Of a DNA stretch of 64,000 nucleotides, positions 1 to 11,339 are shown piece by piece (position 1 is the stretch's first letter; the number at the start of each line of letters is the position of its first letter). The stretch spans positions 238,483,198 through 238,547,197 of the forward strand of contig NC_133622.1 of NCBI RefSeq assembly GCF_048593235.1, in the 5' to 3' direction. The DNA is from Sminthopsis crassicaudata (Eukaryota). The position numbers were made by a program, and so were the translations under genes. The notes beneath the pieces were generated by a model. The model searched no databases and was not told the DNA's origin. It saw only the letters and a program-made list of their open reading frames with translations.

Positions 1-1637
1 CCAACCATTCTCCAATTGATGGACATCCATTCATCTTCCAGTTTCTAGCCACTATGAAAAGGGCTGCCACAAACATTTTGGCACATACAGGTCCCTTTCC
101 CCTCCTCAGTATTTCTTTGGGATATAAGCCCAATAGCAGAAATGCTGGATCAAAGGGTATACACAGTTTGATAACTTTTTGGGCAAAATTCCAGATTGCT
201 CTCCAGAATGGCTGCATTCTTTCACAGCTCCACCAACAATGTATTAGTGTCCCAGTTTTCCCACATCCCCTCCAACATTCATCATTATTTGTTCCTGTCA
301 TCTTAGCCAATCTGACAGGTGTGTAGTGGTATCTCAGAGTTGTCTTAATTTGCATTTCTCTGATCAGTAGTGATTTGGAGCACTCTTTCATATGAGTGGA
401 TATAATTTCAATTTCATCATCTGAGAATTGTCTGTTCATATCCTTCGACCATTTATCAATTGACAAATGGTTTGATTTCTTATAAATTAGGGTCAGTTCT
501 CTATATATTTTGGAAATGAGTCCTTTATCAGAACCTTTAATACTGTAAAAATATTTTCCCAGTTTGTTGCTGCCCTTCTAATCTTGTTTGCATTAGTATT
601 GTTTGTACAGAACTTTTTAGTTTGATGTAATCAAAATCTTCTATTTTGTGATCAATAATGATATCTAGTTTTTTCTCTAGTCATAAATTCCTTCCTCCTC
701 CACAGGTCTGAGAGGTAGACTATTGTCTGTTCCTCTAATCTATTTATGATCTCATTGCTGCTTTAGCTGCATCCCACAGATTTTGGTATGATGTCTCATC
801 ATTGTCATTATCTTGGGTGAAATTATTAATTGTTTCTATAATTTGTTCTTTCACCCAGTCATTCTTTAAGATGAGATTATTCAGCTTCCACTTACTTTTT
901 GGTCTATTTACCCCTAACTTCTTACTGAATGTAGATTTTATTGCATTGTGATCTGAGAAGAAGGCATTTATTATTTCTGCCTTCCTACATTTAATTTTGA
1001 GATCTTTATGTCCTAATATATGGTCAATTTTTGTATAGGATCCATGAACTGCTGAGAAGATAGTATATTCCTTTCTATTGCCATTCAGTTTTCTCCAAAG
1101 GTCTATCATACCTAGTTTTTCTAATGTTCTATTTACTTTTTAATTTTCTTTCTTATTTGTTTTGTGGTTTGATTTGTCTAAATCTGAGAGTGCAAGGTTG
1201 AGATCTCCCACTATTATAGTTTTACTGTCTATTTCTTCTTGCAATTCTCTTAACTTTTCCTTTAGAAAGTTAGATGCTATACCACTTGGTGCATATATGT
1301 TTAGTATTGATATGGCTTCATTATTTATGCTACCTTTCAGCAGGATATAGTTTTCTTCCTTATCTCTTTTAATTAGATCAATTTCTGCTTTTGCTTGATC
1401 TGAGATAAGGATGGCAACCCCTGCTTTTTTGGCTTTACCTGAAGCATAATAGATTCTGCTCCAAACTTTTACCTTGACTCTGTATGTATCTCCCTGCTTT
1501 AAGTGTGTTTCCTATAAACAACATATTGTAGGGTTCTGACCTTTGATCCAGTCTACTATTCATCTCCGTTTGATGGGAGAGTTCATCCCATTCACATTTA
1601 CAGTTCAAATTACTAATTCTGTATTTCCTGCCATCAT
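1..1637 (-). pseudogene. L1 ORF2p remnant: endonuclease joined directly to the C-terminal region, RT missing
   Basis: Start MMAGNTELVI*TVNVNGMNSPIKR at 1637; EN motifs YTKIDHILGHK and FSDHNAIK in ORF 744-1109; at ~751-756 the sequence jumps to the post-RT region (IVYLSDLWRRKEFMT, SDKGLISKIYRELT). Confidence 0.9.
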
Positions 1638-2099
1638 ACTATCCCCTGATTATGCTATTTTCCCTTGACCCCCCTGAAACTCTTCCCCAATATTTAATTT
1701 ATAGACCCCACTTGTGACAAACAGCCCTCCCTTTTTAGTATCCCTCTCTGATCCTTTTAAGACCTTTCCCTTTTCTTGTACCCTTCCCTTATTCCCCTTT
1801 TCCTTTTCCCTTTTCCTCTCCTCCCTTTTAATGAGGTGAGAAAGAATTCTCTGTAAAACAAATATGTCAATTATTACTCTTTGAGCCTACACTGATGAGA
1901 GTAAGATTCACACAATGTTTCTCCCCCTCTCTAAATTCCCTCAGATGTGGTAGATTTTCTATGCCTCTTCCTGGGGTGTAGTTTCCCTCTTTTTATCACT
2001 CCTTCCCCCTTTTTCTGATACTACCCCCTTCCCTTTACTACTCCCCTTTTTTATATCAGCAAAATCAAATTATCTATGCAGACTTTCTGTATATCCACA

Positions 2100-3348
2100 A
2101 CAGAGATACAGTTTTCAAGAGTTCTTTTTACCTTTTTCTGCTTCTCTTAAGTCTTGTGGATGTAGATCAAATTTTTTAGTTTAAGTCTGGTGTTTTTTTG
2201 TTTTTTTTTTTCATAGAAACAAATGGAATTCCTCTTTTTTATTAAATGACTATCTTCTTCCATGGAAGAAAATGCTAAACTTAGCTGGGTAGTTTATTCT
2301 TGGTTGCAATCCTTGATCTTTTGCCTTTTGAAATATCAGGTTCCAGGCCCTTCAATCTTTTAATGTGGAGGCAGCCAGATCTTGAGTGACCCTTATTGTG
2401 GCACCTTGATATTTGAATTGTTTTTTTTCTAGCTGCTTGCAATGTTTTTTCCTTTGTTTGGTAATTCTGCAGCTTAGACACAATGTTCTGTGGAGTTCTT
2501 TTTTTAGGGTCTTTTTCAGAAGGTGTTCGATGAATTTTTTCAATACCTATTTTCCCTTCTGTTTCTATTATCTCTGGACAATTCTCTTTAATAATTTCCT
2601 GTAAAATAGAATCTAGGCTCTTTTTTTGATCATAGTTTTTTGGAAGTCTAATGATCCTCAGATTATCTTTCCTAGATCTATTTTCCAGTTCTATAGATTT
2701 TCCCAGTAAGTATTTGATGTTATTCTCCAGCTTTTCATTTATTTTGTTTTGTTTGACTGATTCTTGGGTTCTCAAGGAATCATTCATTTCTGTTTGTTCT
2801 GTCCTGACTTTTAATGAGTTATTGTCTTTATTCACATTTTTTAGTTCTTTTGTATATACCCAATTGGAATTTTAAATGAATTATTTTGCTCTCATTTCTC
2901 TAATTTTTTAGAGAGTTATTTTCTTTTTCCAATTCAGAAATCCTACTTTCTTGAGACTTTTTTATCTTTTCCAATTCAGAAATCTTACTTTCTTGAGAAT
3001 TTTTTATCTTTTCCAATTCAGAAATCCTACTTTCCTGGGATTTTTTAACCTTTTCTAATTCACAAATTTTGTTTCCCTGCATCTCCTGTGAATTCTTTCT
3101 TTTTACCAACTCAAATTTTAGGACGTTGTTATTCCCTATCATAGCTTCTCTTTCCTTTCCCCATTTTTCTTCAACTCTCTTAACTTTTTAATAGTCTTTT
3201 CTAGGAGAGATTTATGTGATGTGGGGCAGGTATCATTCCCCTTTAGGCTGTTATCTGCTGACTCTCTGCTGTTAACTTCCTTGGGGTTGGATACCTGCTC
3301 TTTCTCTGTGTAGAAGGTATCAATCGTTCTTTTCAGCTTTTTACTCAT
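2100..3348 (-). pseudogene. L1 ORF1p, frameshifted
   Basis: MSKKLKRT... start, coiled-coil repeat, then ORF1 RRM/CTD motifs LENRSRKDNLRIIRLP, IEKIHRTP, KTLQAARKK and FKYQGATIRVTQDLAASTLK, split over several frames; lower boundary approximate. Confidence 0.9.
2924..3090 (-). repeat. 42-bp tandem repeat (about 4 units, 14 aa each) in the L1 ORF1 coiled coil
   Basis: ccaattcagaaa recurs at 2929, 2971 and 3013, with a degenerate copy at 3055; encodes ESRISELEKIKNSQ-like units. Confidence 0.95.
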
Positions 3349-4374
3349 TGTTAAAAATCTATTGGGGTCTGCCCTTGGGGTAAGAAGTTTATTTATTTGT
3401 TTATTTACCAGCTTCCTCCCAGACTGGATGGATGCAGCGGTTCCTGTGCCTGAGCTAAGAGAGAGCTCTGGGAGAGAGTTCCCCTCCCCCTCCCTGGAAA
3501 TGCCTCAGAGGTGATTAGTATGGCTGTGCTGTGAGGGTTGCCCAGTGAAGGACCCCGCTGTGTGGCCTAGTGACCATCCTGAAGTTTAAAGCTGAACAGT
3601 AAAAGCTACACAAAGCCCAGTCAATGTGTACTGTGGGGCGTGGATATCAGCAGCTGACATGAAAAGCCCTTGTGCTCAAACTGGAAGTGTCTGCTGGAAA
3701 ACTGCGGTCCCTATTTCAAAGTTTCCACTTCTCTGGGAGTTCTGCTTTTCTGGTAATTCCGTGTCTGCTAGAGTTCCACTGCCTCAGGCTGAGCCTGGCA
3801 CTATGTGGATTAGATGTTGCCTCAGGCTGTGTCCCCGTTGTTCAGGCTCTTAACTACCCCAAGGAGAAGCCCCAGGCAGCAGAAGGTGGCTTCACAACAG
3901 TGCCAAGATCTATTAGGTCACTTCCGGATTGGGGTGGTTCTAGGATCTGGCTTGATATTTTAAAGTGGCTTGATTTATCTTCTGAACTGCTGTTTTATAA
4001 GCAGAAAAGAGCTATCAGCCTGTGCCAGCTTCCTCTATCTCAGTGGCTTCTCTGATCCCAGAGTTCTCCCCAGCCCCATTGGCGCAGTGTGTTAGCACCT
4101 AACCGTCTATGCTGGCCTTTTTTCTTCCTCCCCTCGGAACTGACCTTTTCTGTTGAAATTCCAGATTCTCTTCAGCTGTTAATTTTGCTTCTAATCCTTG
4201 TGGTTTTTATCAGTCCAGAGTTATTTTTGAGGCTGATTTAATTAATTGGTAATGAGGGAAGAAGGGAGCTTACAAATTTGTGTATATCTTCTCCACCATC
4301 TTGGCTCTGTCCCCCCAGATTTGATATTCTAAATGTAATGTAGGAATATCTACAAGGATATTGATTGCCCAGGA

Positions 4375-4712
4375 AAAGAAATAGGAAATAAATTATGTAA
4401 ATAATCCCATGTTAGCAAAAGAAATAGAACAAGCTATTAATCAATAACCAGATTAAAAATCTCCAGGGCCAGATGGATTTATATGTGAATTCTAACAAAC
4501 ATTTAAAGAACACCAAGACTATACAAAGTATTTGAAGAAATAAGGAATAAAGGAGTCCTACCAAATTCCTATAGAGTGAAAACATACAGAAAAATTATAT
4601 ACCAATTTCACTAATGAATATTGATGTAAAGATCTTGAATAAAATATTATCAATGAGATTACAGAAAGTCATCCCCAGCATAATACACTATGACTAAGTA
4701 GTATTTATACTA
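4375..4712 (+). mobile_element. Older L1 ORF2 fragment (N-terminal part of RT)
   Basis: Degenerate KSPGPDGF, LPNS and [16 protein letters not shown] motifs on the + strand. Confidence 0.85.
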
Positions 4713-4789
4713 AAATACTAGTAACTTCATGAGAAATCAAGCAATAATAAAACAACAATAAGGAGAAAAAATAGAAGATAACATTAAAA

Positions 4790-5160
4790 TTTCTCTCTGA
4801 GAAAAACAAAAACAAATAACTTCTCAAGAAAACACATACAGTAAAGACAAAAAAATTAAAAATAGACTACCTGAAAACCATGATAATAAAATGCCTAGAC
4901 AGTTTTTGAGAAATTATTAAGTAAAACTGCCCCAATATCCTAGAATTCTAAAATTGAAAGAATCCTCTAATCACCTCCTAAAACTGATACCAAAACAAAA
5001 ACTCCCAGGAGTATTCTAACCACATCACTGGATTCTCTGGTAGAAAATATTGCAAGCATCCAGAAACAAAGAAACAAAAGAATTCAATATCATGAAGCCA
5101 CATAGAATAACACAAAGTCTACAACATTCTATATTAAAGGAATGGAGGACTTGGAGTCAT
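4790..5160 (+). mobile_element. Old L1 ORF1 fragment
   Basis: Degenerate ENCPNIL, KIERI, KTPRSIL, ILQASR and RITQ motifs. Confidence 0.65.
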
Positions 5161-5279
5161 CTTTTAAAATGCTTTGTTCTCTTCTAGACAAGCAAAATAG
5201 AAAAACCCCATACATCAGAATTTACAAAGTTTTACAACAGTGTTTAATAAAGTAATAAGAACAATTGCATGTTCACCAA

Positions 5280-5582
5280 GTTTGTCTAATTAGACCAAAA
5301 TGCTCCTGAGAACTCATTAGCTGCCATACATGGAGACACTTCACAAAACTTTCTCTACAAAACAACACATGTTCAAAATTCTGAGGCTTCAGAGAAAGAC
5401 ATTTTCCAAAGATTCCCTTGAAGGTTATGCTTATTAATCAAGAGAATTGCAGCTGAAATGTTCATGTCTTCATGGGTGGCATCTTCTCTTCTTTCTGTTG
5501 ACTATAACTGTATCATAGTCAACTGGGTACCTGAGCAGTGTGCCTAGCTGAACAGCCCAGTACAAAGGGTTCACAGGTGAGA
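5280..5582 (+). promoter_or_regulatory. Candidate OR promoter and first non-coding exon for the 9092 gene
   Basis: Palindromic CTAATTAG (5286-5293); on the minus strand CTAATGAG directly abuts the O/E-like TTCTCAGGAG (5303-5320); splice donor CAG|GTGAGA at 5576/5577. Confidence 0.45.
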
Positions 5583-6019
5583 CTTAGAAGTTAAGAAAAG
5601 CTAATATTTTTGACTTCTGGATTGAAGGTGAATTTGGCCAGGTATTTTAAAAGAGATTGAATAGACTTGCTGGTGATTATACAATATCACCCATGAATAT
5701 TGACTGTATATATATATATATAATTTTCAGTTTAGATCTCCCTGCTAGTCTGCTCAATAATATTAGCTATTCATCAGGTGGTCAAGGTATATGAATGGAT
5801 GTGTATATAAATGTAATTTGAAATAAGAATTCATAAGACTTATAAGTAACATATTTTTAAAATAGTTTATTTTTACATTGATTTAGTACCCTTATGCCTC
5901 TCCTCCCAGAGATGACCATTTTTTACCATCACCAGTACCAGGACCACTATCACTTCATAAAAACTTATAATTCCTTTACTCTGAAAAAAGACATTTATGC
6001 ACCTTTGCCATATTACTCA

Positions 6020-6180
6020 ATGTGATTTGTGTATGTGTGTATGTGAGAGAGACACACAGACAGCTAGGCAGTCACAGACAGAGAATCACAGAGACAGAGA
6101 CACACAGAGACAAGAGTCAGGGAGGAATATACAGACTCACAAATACAGAGACAGAGAGAGACAGACAGAGACAGAGAATG
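6020..6180. repeat. (TG)/(GA/CA)-rich simple repeat
   Basis: gtgtatgtgtgt followed by gagagagacacacagacag... runs. Confidence 0.85.
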
Positions 6181-7015
6181 CATGGGAATGAGATGGGGAT
6201 TGAGGGGATTCACATCTTCAGTCTCAGGTGAGATTGAGAACTTATACTCTCTCCATCTCCCTTATATCATCTATACAATCAAATAGGAGCTTTATAGTGA
6301 TCATAGAATTTTAAGACAGAAGGGCACTTAGAGATCATTTAGTCATTTAATAGATAACGAAGTTGAAACACAGAGAGATGAAACCATTTTTTCACACAGG
6401 CACAAAGCCATAATCAAAGTCAGTCATAATTTCAACCCAAGGCCCCTAATTTGAATCCTAGTGTTGTTTTTTTTTTTCACTGTTAGACTAACTAAAGTAC
6501 TTTGCAAATTATTTAAAACAAAACTAAAGTAAACTAAGAAAAAACAGTAGTTAGCAGTGTATTTGTTTTGAACTTCTATATTGAAAATGGATGTTTGGAA
6601 GCCAAAAGTAGAATGAAAAAAAAATGCTTAACATCCATTTCTATTTTTTTCAAATGAACATGAATCTAATCATATATTCAGATGGTTCTTGCTCCATTTC
6701 TCTTTGAAAGGCAGAAAAATGTTTTTTATGAAAAAGTTCACTTTATTTACATCTTGCTTTGGGAATAGTAGGCAATTTATTTAATAAATTGATTGCCTGA
6801 TTAGATTTGGTTTTCTTTTCCTAAAGTTAGTATGGTCCTAGATAACAGACAGTGTTGATGGTCTATTGAAAATTAGGGAGAGCAGAAAGAAAAAAGGTTT
6901 GAAAATATACAGCTATGACAAGAAAGGAATGAGATTGTGGGCTGAGGATTTGTCCAATGCATATGACTGTTGATTCAGAAATTTTTATAAAAATTCATTA
7001 AAAAGCTATTAGTGT

Positions 7016-7150
7016 GGGGCAGCTAGATGGCACAGTGGATAGAGCACCAGGAGGAGCCAAGTTCAAATCTGATCTCAGATACTTAACACTTTCTAGCTGT
7101 GTGACCCTGAGCAAGTCACTTAACTCCAGCCTCAGGGGGAAAAAAAAAAA
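7016..7150 (+). mobile_element. Young marsupial core-SINE (WSINE1-like) with poly-A and TSD
   Basis: GGGGCAGCTAGATGGCACAGTGGATAGAGCACC head, core TGTGTGACCCTGAGCAAGTCACTTAAC, A-tail; TSD AAAAAGCTATTAGTGT at 7000-7015 and 7146-7161. Confidence 0.92.
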
Positions 7151-7170
7151 GCTATTAGTGTAATACAGAA

Positions 7171-7402
7171 GTAGGTAGATGGCACAGTAGATACTGTGCC
7201 AATCCTTGATTCAGGAAGACTCATCCTCCTGATTTCAAATCTGTTCTCTGACATTCACCAGCTATGTGAAACTGAGTAAATTATCTAACTTAGTTAACTC
7301 AGTTTCCTTATCTGTAAAATGAACTAAAGAAAGAAATGGCAAACCGCTTCTGAATCTTTGTTAAAACCATCACCAAAATTAAAGAATGGGATATGAGAGA
7401 AA
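7171..7402 (+). mobile_element. MAR1-type core-SINE
   Basis: tRNA-like head, core CTCAGTTTCCTTATCTGTAAAATG, RTE-derived tail GAAATGGCAAACC...CTTTG. Confidence 0.8.
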
Positions 7403-8832
7403 TCACTGAACCACAACCACAAAATGCCTATACCTTATATAAATAATTACTATTTAGACATGAACAAGTTTACCAAAAGAAATCAGTGAATGTCCATAGT
7501 AAGGGAATAACATCTCAATATTTACCCAATACAATTTTTGTGAATATTTTCATATTTAAACCTATTTTTAAAAGAAGTTTTTTCTCTTTGTGAAAAAGGA
7601 GAAATTTAAGATAAATAAGATACATTTTAGTGTTGTAAACTTGTGTAAAAGAGTTTCTTGTATATGTTCCTAAAGATTTTGTTTCCCTTTTAAATTGTGT
7701 TTAAAAAAACAGAAAATGGTGACAATATTTAATTCTATTGTATACATATTCAAATAAAGAACAACATAATAAAGAGCTGCTTATTTCATTCTTGAAAATT
7801 ATCCTGAATATTGGCAGATTTCTAGGTATTATTTTTTATAATTACATTAACACTTTCATATCTCTTGGATTCTGTGCAACTCAAAGAAATGCTTGGGATT
7901 CTGATGACCTGGAAGCAAGAGTTTTTTTCTTTCTTTTTTCTTTGCATTTTTTTTTTTTTTTTTTTATAAATAGAGCAATAACAAAACTTTTTAAGATCTG
8001 TAAAGCACATTATCTCATGTAATGCATGAAACCACTGGAAGTTTATTCATAATTATAGATGAAATTTATGTTAAGATATATTAAATAACATTTTTATGTA
8101 ACTGATAAGTGACAGAGGCACTTTTTGCATTTAGGTCTAACAGACTACAGGTCTATCCACTATGCCTAGTCATTAGCTGGTGGACTAGTTTCTTACTTTT
8201 AGATCAGAGATTATGGTACAGGATTCTCATCAAAGTCAAACTAAGACTAAGGGATTCTTAATCCTTTACTGTATGAATTTATTCCTAAACTCGTGTAATA
8301 TAAAACCTGAGATTCTATAAAGTAAAACTCTTTAACAAATGAGGAAACTCAGCCCCAGAAAGACTAACTTTATTTCCCAAGATTTCAATGCTAGCTAATT
8401 GCAAATATTGGTTCTATGCTTAACTCCTCTAATTTTAAATAAAATGCATTATCCATTGCAATAAATTAAGTGTTGTAATTGTGAAGGAATGCCATAGAAT
8501 GAAGGCAGGGGGGTTAGAGGAGAGTGCAAGAAGAATGGTGAATAAAAAGGAAGGGAAAAAAGCTCTCCCTACTTCAGGATTTAGATACTACTACTATATA
8601 GTGGGAAAAGAATGATTGCTTCCTGTTCTCTAGGAATATAAACATTTTACTTAGGAACCATATGTTTTATAATTATATGTGTATATATATCATTTTAAAA
8701 AATAATGTAATAGTTATCCATATTCTCTTTCTCAATTTTATTTTGTTTTTGACCATGATGTCATCAATGTAAACATATAGATGTTTATTGTTCTTTTATT
8801 ACAAAAACAACATAATTTTTAAAAAATGATGG

Positions 8833-8993
8833 TTTAAGAATCAGAGATTTTGCATTCCAGTTCCAATTCTATGTATTACTTATAATTTTGTATTACCTTA
8901 CTTAAATGATTTGGCACTTAATTTCCTCATCTATAAAATGAAGTTAGACCTTCTAAGATTCCCTATGAGCTCTCAAATCATGATCCTATGATC
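8833..8993 (+). mobile_element. MIR-type SINE remnant
   Basis: AATTTCCTCATCTATAAAATG core and ...CTAAGATTCCC...ATGATCCTATGATC tail. Confidence 0.65.
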
Positions 8994-9044
8994 TTTGTCC
9001 CTTAGAGAATCTGGCTGTGTTATGGACATTATTAATGGGGTATG

Positions 9045-9061
9045 TATTCTACTCTTTCTAG
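9045..9061 (+). promoter_or_regulatory. Probable splice acceptor of the OR coding exon
   Basis: Pyrimidine tract tattctactctttctAG ending at 9061, 30 nt before the ATG. Confidence 0.6.
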
Positions 9062-9091
9062 GTAGATTGATTTTCCATGCTTCCCTCCTGA

Positions 9092-10030
9092 ATGGAACAC
9101 TCTGACTCTCCAAACAATGTGACTGAATTTATCCTCTTGGGACTTACACAAAACCCACAGCTACAGAAAATATTCTTTGTTGTATTTTTATTTATATTTC
9201 TCTTCACTGCATTGGCCAACCTGTTCATTGCAGTCACCATTGCTTTAAGTCCTACACTTTCAGCTCCCATGTACTTCTTTCTTACTTATTTATCTTTTAT
9301 TGATGCCTGCTATACCTCTGTTACCACTCCTAAGATGATAATTGACTTGCTATATCACAGAAGAACTATCTCCTTCAGTAGCTGTCTCATTCAGCTATTT
9401 CTTGAACATTTTCTTGGGGGCTCTGAGATCATCCTTCTCATTGTCATGGCCTATGATCGCTATGTTGCGATTTGTAAGCCCTTGCACTACATGACTATTA
9501 TGAGGCCTCGTGTGTGCCGTTTGTTGGTTGTAGTGGTCTGGGTGGGGGGCTTGGTACATGCCACTGCTCAGATTCTTTTCATGATCCATCTACCCTTCTG
9601 TGGCCCCAATGTCATTGACCACTTCATGTGTGACCTGTTCCCATTGCTAAAACTTGCCTGCACTGATACCTATATACTAGGGATGGTTGTTGCTGCTAAC
9701 AGTGGAGTCATGTGCATGTTGATTTTTACCATGCTTCTTGTCTCCTACATTGTCATCTTGTGCTCCTTAAAGACACACAGCTCAGAAGGGCGACGCAAAG
9801 CCCTCTCTACCTGTGGCTCCCATTTTCTTGTGGTAGTCCTGTTTTTTGTGCCCTGTATCTTCACCTACACACGACCTGTATGTACTTATGAGATTGACAA
9901 ATTAGTCACTGTATTTTTTGCTATTTTTACCCCCATGCTAAATCCCATAATTTACACAGTGAGGAACACAGAAGTAAAAAATGCTATGAGAAATTTGCTT
10001 AAAAAAAGAGTCACTTCTATTTCCCAATAA
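9092..10030 (+). CDS. Intact olfactory receptor, family 4 (OR4C-type), 312 aa
   Basis: [61 protein letters not shown] and RNTEVKNAM; no stops. Confidence 0.97.
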   Translation: MEHSDSPNNVTEFILLGLTQNPQLQKIFFVVFLFIFLFTALANLFIAVTIALSPTLSAPMYFFLTYLSFIDACYTSVTTPKMIIDLLYHRRTISFSSCLIQLFLEHFLGGSEIILLIVMAYDRYVAICKPLHYMTIMRPRVCRLLVVVVWVGGLVHATAQILFMIHLPFCGPNVIDHFMCDLFPLLKLACTDTYILGMVVAANSGVMCMLIFTMLLVSYIVILCSLKTHSSEGRRKALSTCGSHFLVVVLFFVPCIFTYTRPVCTYEIDKLVTVFFAIFTPMLNPIIYTVRNTEVKNAMRNLLKKRVTSISQ

Positions 10031-11339
10031 TTTGAAGGGAATTATAGTATTTGCCTAAATATTATAACAAATAAGAAGTAGTCATGGAGGATATACCCAT
10101 TAATAAAGAAGGAATTGGAAGATTATGGCACAGAATGAAGTTTTTGGCTATATGGATATGTAAATCTGTGGAGTGGAAGACAAACTCATGGCATTCTAAA
10201 ATTATAATTCCATATTGTCAATTATTCAATTGCTTATTTGATGTATTAAATAGAATTATAGAGTAATAAAACTGAGAGTCATTTAGGGAATCATTTTGGT
10301 CAAATCCCTTATTTCACAGATAAGAAAACTGAGACCTAGAATGATGTTATTCCTCTAAAGAACGAATTAGAAAGAGGCATGCATTAGCACTATGATTTTT
10401 ACATATCACTTCATCTCTAGGGCTTTTTTTTCTCATCTTGCCTTTGGATATGTCCTGTTACATAATAAATACTTTCAACATGCTTGATATTGAATATTGA
10501 ATAGAAGGCTTTCAGCAGAGGTAGAATTGAATATTGTACTGGGCAAATTTGAGGAGGATATCAATGCTATTTGAGAAACACAATGTAAAAGTAGAAATAC
10601 CACTAGTTTTCATGTTATAAAACTTGAGATTCAATCTTATACTTATTTGCCACACCTGGTGCCTTGGGTAAAGATTTTACCTTTATAGGTTAAACTAAAT
10701 GATCCTATGAACACGTTCAAATTATTCTATGTAGGATTATTTTGAAAGGAGAATTTTACAACTACTAAACTAGAAACTAGTTACAACTACCTGTTGAACA
10801 TGGATTTTTATTGTGTGCTGGAAGACTAGTGGAAAAGAAAGTAGAAGTCCTTGGATGGTATCCTGGAGTATAATGGGGTAATGTGCTATCTCCTTTCTCG
10901 CAATAATGAAAAAAAACTCTTAACAGCTAAAGGGAAAGATACATAAACTATGCATAAATCTTTTCCTCAAAGGCAAATCAAACAATTCAACAAAAGCAAT
11001 AGATCCTATTTTCTTTAAACAGTCTTATTTAACTTTCAGTAAATTTAAATGATAACCTTTTTTTGAACCATAATATAAAAAATATGCCCTAACATTCAGC
11101 ATTATTTTTTTTCAGGAGAGCAGGAAACCTTTCTGAAATGCATTGTCAATCATATGGGATACTGCTATTTCCAAGACTAACCCAAATCTATTCTGGTATG
11201 ATCTAGAGGTAGAATGCTGAATTTCCAAAAGAACAAGATTAGAAACTGAGGATTTAATGTTAAGATCTTGATTCCAGACCTTACTACCTCTGTGAATTTA
11301 GACAAATTACTTTCTTCTCTTTAGCTCTCACTTAAACAA

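Larger units (their letters stand above)
1..4316 (-). mobile_element. LINE-1, 5'-complete, with a large internal ORF2 deletion; 3' end runs off the window
   Basis: Minus strand starts GGGGGGACAGAGCCAAGATGG at 4316 (typical L1 5' end), followed by a ~970-bp 5'UTR, ORF1 pieces (3139-3348, 2900-3142, 2281-2835), a spacer, the ORF2 endonuclease and then ORF2 C-terminal sequence (1-750). Confidence 0.95.

Noticed and set aside
7016-7090. tRNA-like A/B-box sequence (also at 45600-45724 and 54337-54402)
   Set aside because: These are tRNA-derived SINE heads followed by the core domain and A-tail, not tRNA genes.
9058-9589. Antisense ORFs overlapping the OR genes (also at 17259, 32669, 32943, 51243)
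   Set aside because: Expected shadow ORFs of hydrophobic, T-rich coding sequence; no recognisable motifs.
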